Made by a program: the position numbers and the translations under genes. 64,000 bases of DNA from a virus (lineage: Duplodnaviria > Caudoviricetes): IMG/VR virus record IMGVR_UViG_3300042291_001013. One strand, given 5' to 3'. Below, in pieces: positions 1-7,939 of the stretch; the stretch's first letter is position 1; each line of letters opens with the position of its first letter. The notes under the pieces were generated by a model, which had not been told where the DNA came from, made no database searches, and worked only from the letters and a program-made list of their open reading frames with translations.

Positions 1-701
1 ATGGTTGGGGTATCAGGCAGACTTGGTACCCTACGATCACCTACCACTGCAATTGGTATTAACGTTCCGGCCTTGATGTGTTGTATAACCTGTGCTGGTG
101 GTGCAAAAATCATGTCAAGATTACCGGCCACTACGTCCAACACAGCAGGCGGAGCAGCCTTGTAAGGTACATGTACGCCCTTGACTCCCAACACATGTAC
201 AAACCACTCACCATAGATATGGAACGGGCCACCAGTACCAGCACTGCCGTAAGTGAGTCCTTTGTTCTGAGCATATGCCTTGAGCTCCGGCACAGTTTTA
301 ACATTGAGCTTGGCACTTACTGCCAGTACAAAAGGTGGCGCCGACCCAATGTATGCAACTGGTACCAAGTCAGTTTCCCAATCATAGGGTACCTGATCCA
401 GTAACACAGATGACGACGCTAAAATATTGGGCTGAGCCGACAATAGCGTGTAGCCATCTGCGTCACTTTTGGCTACAAAATTTGCACCAATGGTTGTTTG
501 CCCACCAGCTTTGTTTTCAACAATAACCGGTTGCTTCCAGTTAGCTGAAAGCCGTTGGGCTACAATCCTGGCAATAACATCGTTGCCACCTCCGGGTGAT
601 AGGGGCACAACAATTTTGACTGTTCGATCAGGAAACGCAGTCTGCGCCTGTGCCAATGACACCCCTAGCAGAGCTAGCACAAATAAAATTTTTCTAAACA
701 T
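1..701 (-). CDS. Bug/TctC-family tripartite tricarboxylate transporter substrate-binding protein (3' end runs off window)
   Basis: Hand translation from ATG 701: MFRKILFVLALLGVSLAQAQTAFPDRTVKIVVPLSPGGGNDVIARIVAQRL...VIVENKAGG...GANFVAKSDADGYTLL...YGSAGTGG...HVPYKAA; signal peptide and canonical Bug motifs. Absent from the ORF track because there is no stop in the window. Confidence 0.93.
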   Translation of the reverse strand, partial: MFRKILFVLALLGVSLAQAQTAFPDRTVKIVVPLSPGGGNDVIARIVAQRLSANWKQPVIVENKAGGQTTIGANFVAKSDADGYTLLSAQPNILASSSVLLDQVPYDWETDLVPVAYIGSAPPFVLAVSAKLNVKTVPELKAYAQNKGLTYGSAGTGGPFHIYGEWFVHVLGVKGVHVPYKAAPPAVLDVVAGNLDMIFAPPAQVIQHIKAGTLIPIAVVGDRRVPSLPDTPT

Positions 702-719
702 GATAAGTTCCTTGTAATA

Positions 720-1325
720 TTACATTGTAGGACCGTTGCCGTTCCTAAATCCAATCTCACCACCTTCTGCTGTGATACGCTTATAAACGTCTTCCAACAA
801 GATAGGTGCAAAATCTGTTTGCTCCACGCATACGCAATGGTAACGCACATCAATTTCGTTACTGTACAATACTGTACCAGTTTTGGCATCAACCCCACGT
901 GCTCTCTTAACACGGCTGGCATGCAAGTGTCCGTGAATGTTCACACCAAAGCGACCAATGCTGGCCTCATGCACAGGAATGTGACTCAAGATCATGCCGT
1001 TCAACACATGATACGCTCGCAACTCACGAAAGTACTCACGGTACTCGTCATCACGAAAAATGTCATGGTTGCCGCGGATCAATACTTTGTCGCCGTTCAA
1101 GCGAGCCAATGTTTTCAAGGCCTTGCGGTTGATAACAACATCACCCAAGTGGTAAATCTTGTCGCCGGGACGAACAGTATCGTTCCATCGACGGATCATT
1201 TCCTCATCCATCTCATCAGGATCATCCCATGGACGCAACTTCACGGTGTCGTCATCAGGATGTGTAAACTTACACACCCCAGCATGACCAAAGTGCGTGT
1301 CACTGACTAAAAATACTGCTGGCAT
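720..1325 (-). CDS. Calcineurin-like metallophosphoesterase
   Basis: SDTHFGH, HLGDV, RGNHD, LSH and NIHGHLH motifs. Confidence 0.9.
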   Translation of the reverse strand: MPAVFLVSDTHFGHAGVCKFTHPDDDTVKLRPWDDPDEMDEEMIRRWNDTVRPGDKIYHLGDVVINRKALKTLARLNGDKVLIRGNHDIFRDDEYREYFRELRAYHVLNGMILSHIPVHEASIGRFGVNIHGHLHASRVKRARGVDAKTGTVLYSNEIDVRYHCVCVEQTDFAPILLEDVYKRITAEGGEIGFRNGNGPTM

Positions 1326-1326
1326 A

Positions 1327-1800
1327 TTATTCTCCTACTATCCAAATTTCTTTAAAACCTTCATCTAACGATGGGGGTTCAAAACCTGTAATCATCTTTT
1401 CCATCACATCTGCTGGAATGTTCTTACCAGGGCGATTTGCCAATCTACGTACCAACTCTTGTGGCCCAGGCACTTTGAATACCACAGCAATGTGTTCGTA
1501 TTGTGAAGGCAACAGTGTGTTAAACTTCTTTTTACGACTTGCTACTGTAGTGCTTGTTTGGTCCCAGATAAAGTCCAAGTTGTTAGCTTGACAAGTCAAC
1601 GCATGGTTCACCATCAAACGAACTGCAATAGGCATGTATTCGTCAAACACTTCACTATATGTTTTACCCTGGCGGTGTGCCTCTATTTCAACATACATAT
1701 CAGTACCAACCACTGGCATACCTAAAGCCCAGATTTGATTTTTAATCCAAGTACTTTTACCCGAGCCCGGGACCCCGATTAATTGATAACACTTGTTCAT
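1327..1800 (-). CDS. P-loop (AAA_33 / polynucleotide-kinase-like) kinase
   Basis: GVPGSGKST Walker A, WDQT and lid-like RRLANR; start trimmed to MNKCYQL. Confidence 0.85.
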   Translation of the reverse strand: MNKCYQLIGVPGSGKSTWIKNQIWALGMPVVGTDMYVEIEAHRQGKTYSEVFDEYMPIAVRLMVNHALTCQANNLDFIWDQTSTTVASRKKKFNTLLPSQYEHIAVVFKVPGPQELVRRLANRPGKNIPADVMEKMITGFEPPSLDEGFKEIWIVGE

Positions 1801-2288
1801 ATATCTCCTTCGCGGGCTTTTGGGATCACAAAGCCCCAATCTGTTGTTTCACCATTGATGGTGTGTTTTTCGTCTTCGTCGTAAGTCCAACCCAACACCT
1901 TCATCATCCGGTGCTTGACCAACAAGTTGGGGCTACGGAACGATTCAGTATCCTTGAATCCTAACATCACACCAATCTCACAAACTGCACCTGAACGACA
2001 CACACCTGCATGACAATGCACGATGACATTCATGCGTTGCTCTTGTGCATGTTGCAATAGTCGAACCAGTTCTTGTGCCTGTTCATCTGTGCATTTGCAC
2101 TCGTCAGGGAAAAATTTATCGTCCTGTTCGGCATCCAAGAATTCAAACTGGTGAACTTCGCGGAACTGATACTTGGGTACAGGGAATTCGTATGCAGGAT
2201 CCACAATCTGAATCAGCATGGAATTAACGCCAGGGTCAATATGAAACCCCTGCCGAATGTCACTCATGCTAACGTTTTGAATCCACAT
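1797..2288 (-). CDS. Cys-dependent (PTP/DSP-like) phosphatase
   Basis: HCHAGVCRS = CX5R signature; GGAG SD before ATG 2288. Confidence 0.82.
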   Translation of the reverse strand: MWIQNVSMSDIRQGFHIDPGVNSMLIQIVDPAYEFPVPKYQFREVHQFEFLDAEQDDKFFPDECKCTDEQAQELVRLLQHAQEQRMNVIVHCHAGVCRSGAVCEIGVMLGFKDTESFRSPNLLVKHRMMKVLGWTYDEDEKHTINGETTDWGFVIPKAREGDI

Positions 2289-2310
2289 ACGAAATCTCCA
2301 TTAATGCGTT

Positions 2311-2339
2311 ATTATAGCACTAATGGAGAATTTGGTCAA
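2311..2339 (-). promoter_or_regulatory. sigma70-type promoter
   Basis: TTGACC-17 bp-TATAAT. Confidence 0.8.
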
Positions 2340-2343
2340 CCGC

Positions 2344-3630
2344 TTAGTATCTATAGGTGTCGGGTTTGTACGGGCCGTCAACTGTGACACCAATATACGC
2401 GGCCTGCTTGAGTGTCATTGCAGTGAGCTCCGCACCAATCTGCTCCAGATGTAGTCGTGCAACTTTTTCATCCAGGTGCTTGGGCAACAGGTACAGTCGA
2501 CCTGTTTCGTATCGACTGGTGTTGGTGTAAAGATCAATTTGTGCCATGACTTGGTTGGTAAAACTGTTACTCATCACAAAGCTGGGATGGCCAGTGCCAC
2601 AACCCAAGTTAACCAGTCTGCCTTCTGCTAGCAAAATAATACGTTTGCCACTGGGGAAAATAACATGGTCCACTTGTGGCTTGATGTTTTCCCACTCACA
2701 GTCCTTGATACCTGCAACATCAATTTCAGTATCAAAGTGACCAATGTTACACACAATAGCATTGTTCTTCATGGCGTCCATGTGTGCGCGAGTGATAACA
2801 TCTACGTTGCCAGTGGCAGTTACAAAGATGTCACACTTGTCTGCCGCGTATTCCATTGTGACCACACGATAACCTTCCATTGCCGCTTGCAGGGCACAGA
2901 TAGGATCTGCTTCTGTAACCCAAACTTGTGCAGAGAGTGCTCGCAGAGCTTGTGCAGAGCCCTTGCCCACGTCTCCATAGCCGGCTACCACTGCAACCTT
3001 ACCGGCAATCATGACGTCAGTGGCACGTTTGATAGCGTCTACAAGACTTTCTCTGCAACCATACAAGTTGTCAAACTTGGTCTTGGTTACAGAATCGTTT
3101 ACATTGATAGCAGGCATCCGCAGTGTGCCAGCCGCAATGCGCTCTAGTAACTTGTGAATACCTGTTGTGGTTTCTTCTGTGACACCTCGGATACCAGGAA
3201 CTAGATCAGGGTGTTTGTCATGGATGTACCCAGTTAAGTCATGTCCATCATCAAGGATCATGTTGGGAGTCCAACCATCTGCACCACGCACAGTCTGCTC
3301 AATGCACCACCAGTATTCCGCTTCTGTTTCGCCCTTCCAAGCAAAAACAGGAATACCTTTTGCAGCCAAAGCAGCCGCGGCTTGGTCTTGTGTGGAGAAG
3401 ATGTTGCAACTACTCCAACGCACACTAGCACCAAGTTCAATTAGTGTTTCGACCAGCACAGCCGTTTGAATGGTCATGTGCAAACTGCCCACAATACGTG
3501 CGCCTGCCAAGGGCTTTGAGCCAGCATACTCACGACGGATTGCCATCAAGCCAGGCATTTCGTGCTCGGCGATAGCAATCTCTTTGCGGCCCCAATCTGC
3601 AAGGCCAATATCTCTAATTTTGTAATCCAT
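2344..3630 (-). CDS. ahcY: S-adenosylhomocysteine hydrolase
   Basis: [88 protein letters not shown]; GAGG SD before ATG 3630. Confidence 0.98.
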   Translation of the reverse strand: MDYKIRDIGLADWGRKEIAIAEHEMPGLMAIRREYAGSKPLAGARIVGSLHMTIQTAVLVETLIELGASVRWSSCNIFSTQDQAAAALAAKGIPVFAWKGETEAEYWWCIEQTVRGADGWTPNMILDDGHDLTGYIHDKHPDLVPGIRGVTEETTTGIHKLLERIAAGTLRMPAINVNDSVTKTKFDNLYGCRESLVDAIKRATDVMIAGKVAVVAGYGDVGKGSAQALRALSAQVWVTEADPICALQAAMEGYRVVTMEYAADKCDIFVTATGNVDVITRAHMDAMKNNAIVCNIGHFDTEIDVAGIKDCEWENIKPQVDHVIFPSGKRIILLAEGRLVNLGCGTGHPSFVMSNSFTNQVMAQIDLYTNTSRYETGRLYLLPKHLDEKVARLHLEQIGAELTAMTLKQAAYIGVTVDGPYKPDTYRY

Positions 3631-3631
3631 G

Positions 3632-3895
3632 TTACCTCGATTCTTTGTATCTACGTCGCGGTTCGATATCAATTTCTTTGTACAGATAATCTCTAGTGAC
3701 GTGTCCAGCTTCAATTTCCAGCAGTGCTGTTACTGCATGATTGTGCTTGATAGCACTGGCAATTTTTGGCATATCGCCTCGACCCAATTCTCGCATGCGA
3801 CGAGCGCCTACTAGTACCAAATCGTATCTATTTCCAATTGCTTCCACAGCGAGTTCGCTTGTGAGCCCAGCAGTTTCAGGTGTGGTCATATTCAT
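3632..3895 (-). CDS. rpoZ: RNA polymerase omega-subunit homolog
   Basis: [22 protein letters not shown]...[11 protein letters not shown] aligns with omega [22 protein letters not shown]...TVIALREIEEG. Confidence 0.88.
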   Translation of the reverse strand: MNMTTPETAGLTSELAVEAIGNRYDLVLVGARRMRELGRGDMPKIASAIKHNHAVTALLEIEAGHVTRDYLYKEIDIEPRRRYKESR

Positions 3896-4197
3896 GTTAG
3901 ATCCTTAGGGTTGATTAATCCATTACTGTGCTTGTCTTTGATCTTGTCAAGATCTTGGAACAAACGTTTTTCTTGTTGCGTCAATTTATCCTTGTGCGTT
4001 TTGCGAGGATTTCCACACAAATAACATTTTGGATTACCACAATCCATAGCATGGTGTTTGGCCAAGCGATGTGTTTGTTTGATATTGAGCTCATTGAATG
4101 AACTATGACTCTTGGCAATTTTAACTTGCCTTGAAATCGCAACATCAGTTTTGTGGCGTCTACGTGAATTAATAAATTTTGCTAGATCGTTACTCAT
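3892..4197 (-). CDS. Conserved phage hypothetical protein (basic, CGNPKCYLCGNPRK motif)
   Basis: ORF downstream of the 4223-4251 promoter; putative Zn-binding motif. Confidence 0.7.
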   Translation of the reverse strand: MSNDLAKFINSRRRHKTDVAISRQVKIAKSHSSFNELNIKQTHRLAKHHAMDCGNPKCYLCGNPRKTHKDKLTQQEKRLFQDLDKIKDKHSNGLINPKDLT

Positions 4198-4210
4198 ACA
4201 GTTATTTAAT

Positions 4211-4251
4211 TGTGTAGAACTTATTATAGCAAGTTCTACACAAAAGGTCAA
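4211..4251 (-). promoter_or_regulatory. sigma70 promoter with its -10 inside a perfect 12-bp inverted repeat
   Basis: TTGACC(4251-4246)-17-TATAAT(4228-4223); TGTGTAGAACTT/AAGTTCTACACA at 4211-4222 and 4231-4242; TAAATA at 4203-4208. Confidence 0.8.
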
Positions 4252-4754
4252 TTGTTTAGAACACGAGCAACACTAGTAATTACCGCCGCAATTCGCCCAA
4301 TATCGCGAAGTTGTTCTACGGTGTAGCCTTCTGTCTTGAGTGTTTCGTAGTGTGCCTTGACACAGAAATGGCACTTGCCCACAATTGACGCTGCCAAACT
4401 AAATGCTTCAAAATTTGCTTTAGTTGTGCCACCATGACTTGCAATAGCATTCATACGCAACTGCGCTGGCAATCCTTTAAGGGCAGGATCATCTGCCATT
4501 TCAACGTAGGGATACCATACGTTGTTCTGTGCCATGATGCTGGCCGCTGTCATTGCTGACTCTGCGTGAACAGGAGCATCTGCCAACAACACCGCAAGTA
4601 CCTTGCCGTTGCCAGTTGCAGCCAGCGCGGCCACAGCACAACCCATGGCCACATCTGCATCTAGTGTACTACGAAGTAGCACAGCGTCAAGATTTAACTT
4701 GGTGTCTTTTGCGTAGTCTGGCAACGCACCTTTTACTGATTCAATAAAACTCAT
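4248..4754 (-). CDS. ahpD: Alkylhydroperoxidase AhpD (CMD family)
   Basis: LPDYAKDTKLNL, AASIMAQNNVWY, GKCHFCVKAH (CxxC); same operon as ahpC. Confidence 0.92.
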   Translation of the reverse strand: MSFIESVKGALPDYAKDTKLNLDAVLLRSTLDADVAMGCAVAALAATGNGKVLAVLLADAPVHAESAMTAASIMAQNNVWYPYVEMADDPALKGLPAQLRMNAIASHGGTTKANFEAFSLAASIVGKCHFCVKAHYETLKTEGYTVEQLRDIGRIAAVITSVARVLNN

Positions 4755-4755
4755 T

Positions 4756-5406
4756 TTAATATTTTCCTGATGCTAATACGATTTGACAAATGTGTTCCAA
4801 TCGTTCAATATGTTCAAATGCTCGCCACGGGCTGGTGTCAATAGCAACAACACCGTGTCCTTTGATGCCCACAATGTCATACTCAATATTACCAGCATCG
4901 TCCAACTGCAAGTTCCTGTGGCACTCATCGCCCAGTTCTTGACTAATTGGGGCCACATCACCAACATTAGGTGCCACCCGAGTATAACGACTGAGTTCTG
5001 GAAAGTCGTTAGCAAGACTACTTAACTCAATGCCACGATGCATGGCAGCAACACAGTAGGTAGGATGTAAGTGAACTACCACCCTAACATCTGTACTGTG
5101 CTGACCCATTGCTCGTTGTAGTCCAAAGTGTAAGGGAATCTCTCCACTAGGCTTTAGATTAGTACTGATGTCTGTGTAGAATTCTTCTTCCCAAGATTTA
5201 GATAGGAAAGGTGGAATGGCACTAATCTTGTCAATCAATTTAATTTTCTTGAACTGATCCGGTTGCATTGTTTGCTTGCGAACGCCACTGGGTGTGATAT
5301 AAAAGTGATCACGGTCGTGATGACGAATACTAACATTGCCATCACGACTGGTAATCCAGTTGCGTCTATATGCTTCGACTAATGTGTCGCATATAGTTTC
5401 TAACAT
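4756..5406 (-). CDS. Class II aldolase/adducin-family protein
   Basis: DGNVS, ITPSG, KPSGEIPLH, VVHLHPTY and KGHGV metal-binding motifs. Confidence 0.88.
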   Translation of the reverse strand: MLETICDTLVEAYRRNWITSRDGNVSIRHHDRDHFYITPSGVRKQTMQPDQFKKIKLIDKISAIPPFLSKSWEEEFYTDISTNLKPSGEIPLHFGLQRAMGQHSTDVRVVVHLHPTYCVAAMHRGIELSSLANDFPELSRYTRVAPNVGDVAPISQELGDECHRNLQLDDAGNIEYDIVGIKGHGVVAIDTSPWRAFEHIERLEHICQIVLASGKY

Positions 5407-5963
5407 TACAGAGTCTCGCCACCAACTGTGCGGTTACAAGCACATAGTTCGCCAGTTTGTAACGCATCTAATACACGAAGTGTTTCTTCTGGGCTACGAC
5501 CCACGTTCAAGTTGTTGACAGTAACGTGTTGGATAACGTTGTCTGGGTCAACGATGAATGTAGCACGTAATGCCGCCCCTGCTGGAGCATAGAACACGCC
5601 TAGCTGTGCAATCAAACTCAAGTTGTCGCCAGTTTCTGGATTGTAACGCTGTGTGTCAGCAAACTGGTTGTGTGTGATCTTGATCAAGTCACTGTGGCTC
5701 TTTTGCCATGCTACTTTACAAAACTCATTGTCTGTGCTTCCTGTGAGCAATACTGCATCACGGTCAGCAAAGTCACTTGCTAGTTTGTCATAGGCTACAA
5801 TCTCTGTAGGACAAACGAATGTAAAGTCCTTTGGGTAGTAAACAATTATTTTCCACTTGCCTTCAAATGACTTTTCTGTAATGTCAAAGAAAGCATCTTC
5901 TGGCTGTCCTGGCTTGACACCTGTAACCACAAACGGTTCTAACTTATCACCAACTGTTTTCAT
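5406..5963 (-). CDS. ahpC: Peroxiredoxin AhpC
   Basis: YPKDFTFVCPTE, RATFIVDP, VGRSPEETLR, GELC. Confidence 0.96.
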   Translation of the reverse strand: MKTVGDKLEPFVVTGVKPGQPEDAFFDITEKSFEGKWKIIVYYPKDFTFVCPTEIVAYDKLASDFADRDAVLLTGSTDNEFCKVAWQKSHSDLIKITHNQFADTQRYNPETGDNLSLIAQLGVFYAPAGAALRATFIVDPDNVIQHVTVNNLNVGRSPEETLRVLDALQTGELCACNRTVGGETL

Positions 5964-6010
5964 TTATATCTCCTATTAAAAAATGATCATAGTGTTTCTA
6001 CTATGTGTAT

Positions 6011-6074
6011 ATTGTAATAGTATATAGCAATGAAGTCAAGCAAAAATCAAGTTTTTCCTATTGATTGTTTCTAT
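6011..6074 (-). promoter_or_regulatory. ahpC promoter with candidate OxyR/LysR box
   Basis: TTGACT(6039-6034)-17-TACAAT(6016-6011); ATAG-N7-CAAT (T-N11-A) at 6074-6060. Confidence 0.55.
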
Positions 6075-6092
6075 GCTGGAGTTTAATAAAAT

Positions 6093-6245
6093 TTATGATG
6101 GTATTAGTTTTGGCAAATACGGAACTGCTCTAGGCCCGTAGCGTGTTTGTAGCAGTAAGCGAGCTTCTTGGGCGGTTTGAGCCCCAACTCGATCTTTAAA
6201 TTCCTTGCCGTCTGATGTGCGTATAGTTGCTTCAAAAAGTTTCAT
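6093..6245 (-). CDS. Small hypothetical protein (50 aa, MKLFEATIRT...)
   Basis: TAAATA at 6251-6256 precedes ATG 6245; the longer ORF-track version overlaps tRNAs. Confidence 0.65.
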   Translation of the reverse strand: MKLFEATIRTSDGKEFKDRVGAQTAQEARLLLQTRYGPRAVPYLPKLIPS

Positions 6246-6257
6246 GCAACTATTTAG

Positions 6258-6332
6258 TGGTAGGCCTTGAGAGGATCGAACTCCCACCGCTTGTTTCGAA
6301 GACAAGCATGATATCCATTTCACCAAAGGCCT
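6258..6332 (-). tRNA. tRNA-Arg(TCG)
   Basis: Cloverleaf, encoded CCA; loop CT-TCG-AA, stem CTTGT/ACAAG. Confidence 0.95.
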
Positions 6333-6335
6333 ATG

Positions 6336-6409
6336 TGGTGCTCTCAACAAGAATTGAACTTGTGTTTCATCCTTACCAAGGATGTGTAATGCCATTATAC
6401 TATGAGAGC
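6336..6409 (-). tRNA. tRNA-Thr(GGT)
   Basis: Loop TT-GGT-AA, stem CATCC/GGATG, CCA. Confidence 0.95.
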
Positions 6410-6413
6410 TAAG

Positions 6414-6487
6414 TGGAGCAGGATACCAGAATCGAACTGGTGACTGGACCTTGGCAAGGTTCTATTTTACCCCTAAACTAATCCTGC
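6414..6487 (-). tRNA. tRNA-Gly(GCC)
   Basis: Loop TT-GCC-AA, U73, CCA. Confidence 0.95.
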
Positions 6488-6500
6488 AATTTTTTACTTA

Positions 6501-6974
6501 TTAGGCTGCTCGTAGACTTTTGAATCTATCTGCCGCGTATGATGCCGCAAATGCTTCTGGCTTCACAAACGGGATCACATTGCATGTTCCTTTAATGTAG
6601 CCTACAGCTTGTGAAATCACACAGCTTGATCCGTGCATTTCGTTTGGGTTGATGTCCAAGTGAACTTCAACTTCACGGCCTTCTAGCACATCGGCCAGCT
6701 TCAAATACAATTCGCTAACCTTGTATACTTCTGTCATGAGTCGCATGGCCGGCTTGCTTGGTTTTTGATCGTAAACACGTTCTCGGTGTACTTCGCCAAA
6801 CAGTTTGCAACCGTTGTTGCCGTTGATGTGTACCACAATGGCCAGCACATAGTCAGCATACCAAGCACCGTCAATTTTGATTCGTTCCGAGTCGCAGCCA
6901 AGATAGATTCGAGTTTCGGGTGTTTGGGCCCGGATAAACTCTGCTACTTGATTGATGTCTAGTTTTTTCATCAT
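6501..6974 (-). CDS. RNase H-like protein (DUF458/YkuK-like)
   Basis: IYLGCDS, RLMTEV, EVHLDIN, VKPEAFAASYAAD; start trimmed to MMKKLD (upstream extension overlaps tRNAs). Confidence 0.8.
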   Translation of the reverse strand: MMKKLDINQVAEFIRAQTPETRIYLGCDSERIKIDGAWYADYVLAIVVHINGNNGCKLFGEVHRERVYDQKPSKPAMRLMTEVYKVSELYLKLADVLEGREVEVHLDINPNEMHGSSCVISQAVGYIKGTCNVIPFVKPEAFAASYAADRFKSLRAA

Positions 6975-7014
6975 TGTCTTTCTATTTAACTCGGGAACCG
7001 TTACAGTTTTATTA

Positions 7015-7094
7015 TGGTACCCCTGCTCAGATTCGAACTGAGAACATATACTCCCTTTTGAGGAGAGTGACTTTACCAATTTGTCCACAGGGGC
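7015..7094 (-). tRNA. tRNA-Leu(CAA), short (8-nt) variable region
   Basis: Loop CT-CAA-AA, CCA. Confidence 0.92.
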
Positions 7095-7109
7095 ACAGCG
7101 TTTGAAATT

Positions 7110-7186
7110 TGGTGCCCCAGGGGAGACTCGAACTCCCAAAATTTGGCTTCTAAGACCAACACGTATACCAATTCCGTCACCGGGGC
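7110..7186 (-). tRNA. tRNA-Leu(TAG), no long variable arm
   Basis: Loop CT-TAG-AA, 5-nt variable loop, CCA. Confidence 0.92.
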
Positions 7187-7197
7187 TTAAATACAAT

Positions 7198-7413
7198 ATG
7201 CACGAAAAGGAAAAAATCTATGTTAAAGATCTCTACAGATTGTTCTGTACAGAACTTTACACAACTACCGCAAGTTGGGTAACCGCAAAACACTTTGTGG
7301 CCGACCCTTTGCTGGATCTGAAAAAAGAATTTATTCCTGATGCTACATTGGTACCAGGAGACGGGATCGAACCGCCCACACCTTGTGCTTCAAACAAGTG
7401 CTCTACCAACTGA
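7198..7413 (+). CDS. Possible small protein antisense to the tRNA array (71 aa; 3' end overlaps tRNA-Phe)
   Basis: TAAATA at 7188-7193 then ATG 7198; fills an otherwise empty tRNA spacer. Confidence 0.4.
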   Translation: MHEKEKIYVKDLYRLFCTELYTTTASWVTAKHFVADPLLDLKKEFIPDATLVPGDGIEPPTPCASNKCSTN

Positions 7414-7424
7414 GCTATCCTGGC
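7349..7424 (-). tRNA. tRNA-Phe(GAA)
   Basis: Loop TT-GAA-GC, stem CTTGT/ACAAG, CCA. Confidence 0.93.
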
Positions 7425-7430
7425 AATATT

Positions 7431-7505
7431 TGGTACCTGGTCACGGTTTCGAACCGCGGACCCTCTCCGTGTAAAGGAGACGCTCTACCCCTGAGCTAAC
7501 CAGGC
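7431..7505 (-). tRNA. tRNA-Val(TAC)
   Basis: Loop TT-TAC-AC, CCA. Confidence 0.96.
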
Positions 7506-7514
7506 AAACTATTT

Positions 7515-7606
7515 TGGCGGAAGACGGAGGAGTCGAACCCCATCCCTGTTAAGAGAACCTGGTTTTCAAGGCCAGTCGCGGGACCAACCCCACTGCATCA
7601 TCTTCC
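7515..7606 (-). tRNA. tRNA-Ser(TGA), atypical D-arm
   Basis: Loop CT-TGA-AA, long variable arm, G73, CCA. Confidence 0.88.
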
Positions 7607-7611
7607 ATATA

Positions 7612-7688
7612 TGGTCGGAATGACACGGTTCGAACGTGCGACCACTGCGTCCCAAACGCAGAGCTCTACCAGGCTGAGCTACATTCCG
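7612..7688 (-). tRNA. tRNA-Pro(TGG)
   Basis: Loop TT-TGG-GA, C1-G72, CCA. Confidence 0.96.
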
Positions 7689-7696
7689 AATTAAAC

Positions 7697-7915
7697 TTAC
7701 TTTAACTTGGGATCAATTGACTTATCAACTTCGTGCGGTTCTGCAAACCTAGGAGTTGGCTGATCCCAATACGCTGGAAAGATCTTCCAGCCAAAACTTT
7801 TCCAGTAACGATGAATGATGTTGTTTATCACAACAACCCCAGCCACGATTACAATTACACCTGTCATTGTTAAAACACTGCCGGCTAAAAATACTGCCGC
7901 TTGATCCATATCCAT
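7697..7915 (-). CDS. Small membrane protein (one TM helix)
   Basis: Hydrophobic stretch AAVFLAGSVLTMTGVIVIVAGVVVI. Confidence 0.7.
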   Translation of the reverse strand: MDMDQAAVFLAGSVLTMTGVIVIVAGVVVINNIIHRYWKSFGWKIFPAYWDQPTPRFAEPHEVDKSIDPKLK

Positions 7916-7939
7916 ATTTGTAAATCCTTTGGAGTTGTG

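Noticed and set aside
3630-3720. SAH riboswitch upstream of ahcY
   Set aside because: The upstream DNA is the rpoZ coding sequence with a 1-nt gap, and no GAGGAGCGCTGC-like consensus is visible.
7515-7606. tRNA-Sec: GGAAGAT 5' end and extended D-stem resemble selC
   Set aside because: The anticodon is TGA (Ser), not TCA, and the acceptor stem is 7 bp rather than 8.
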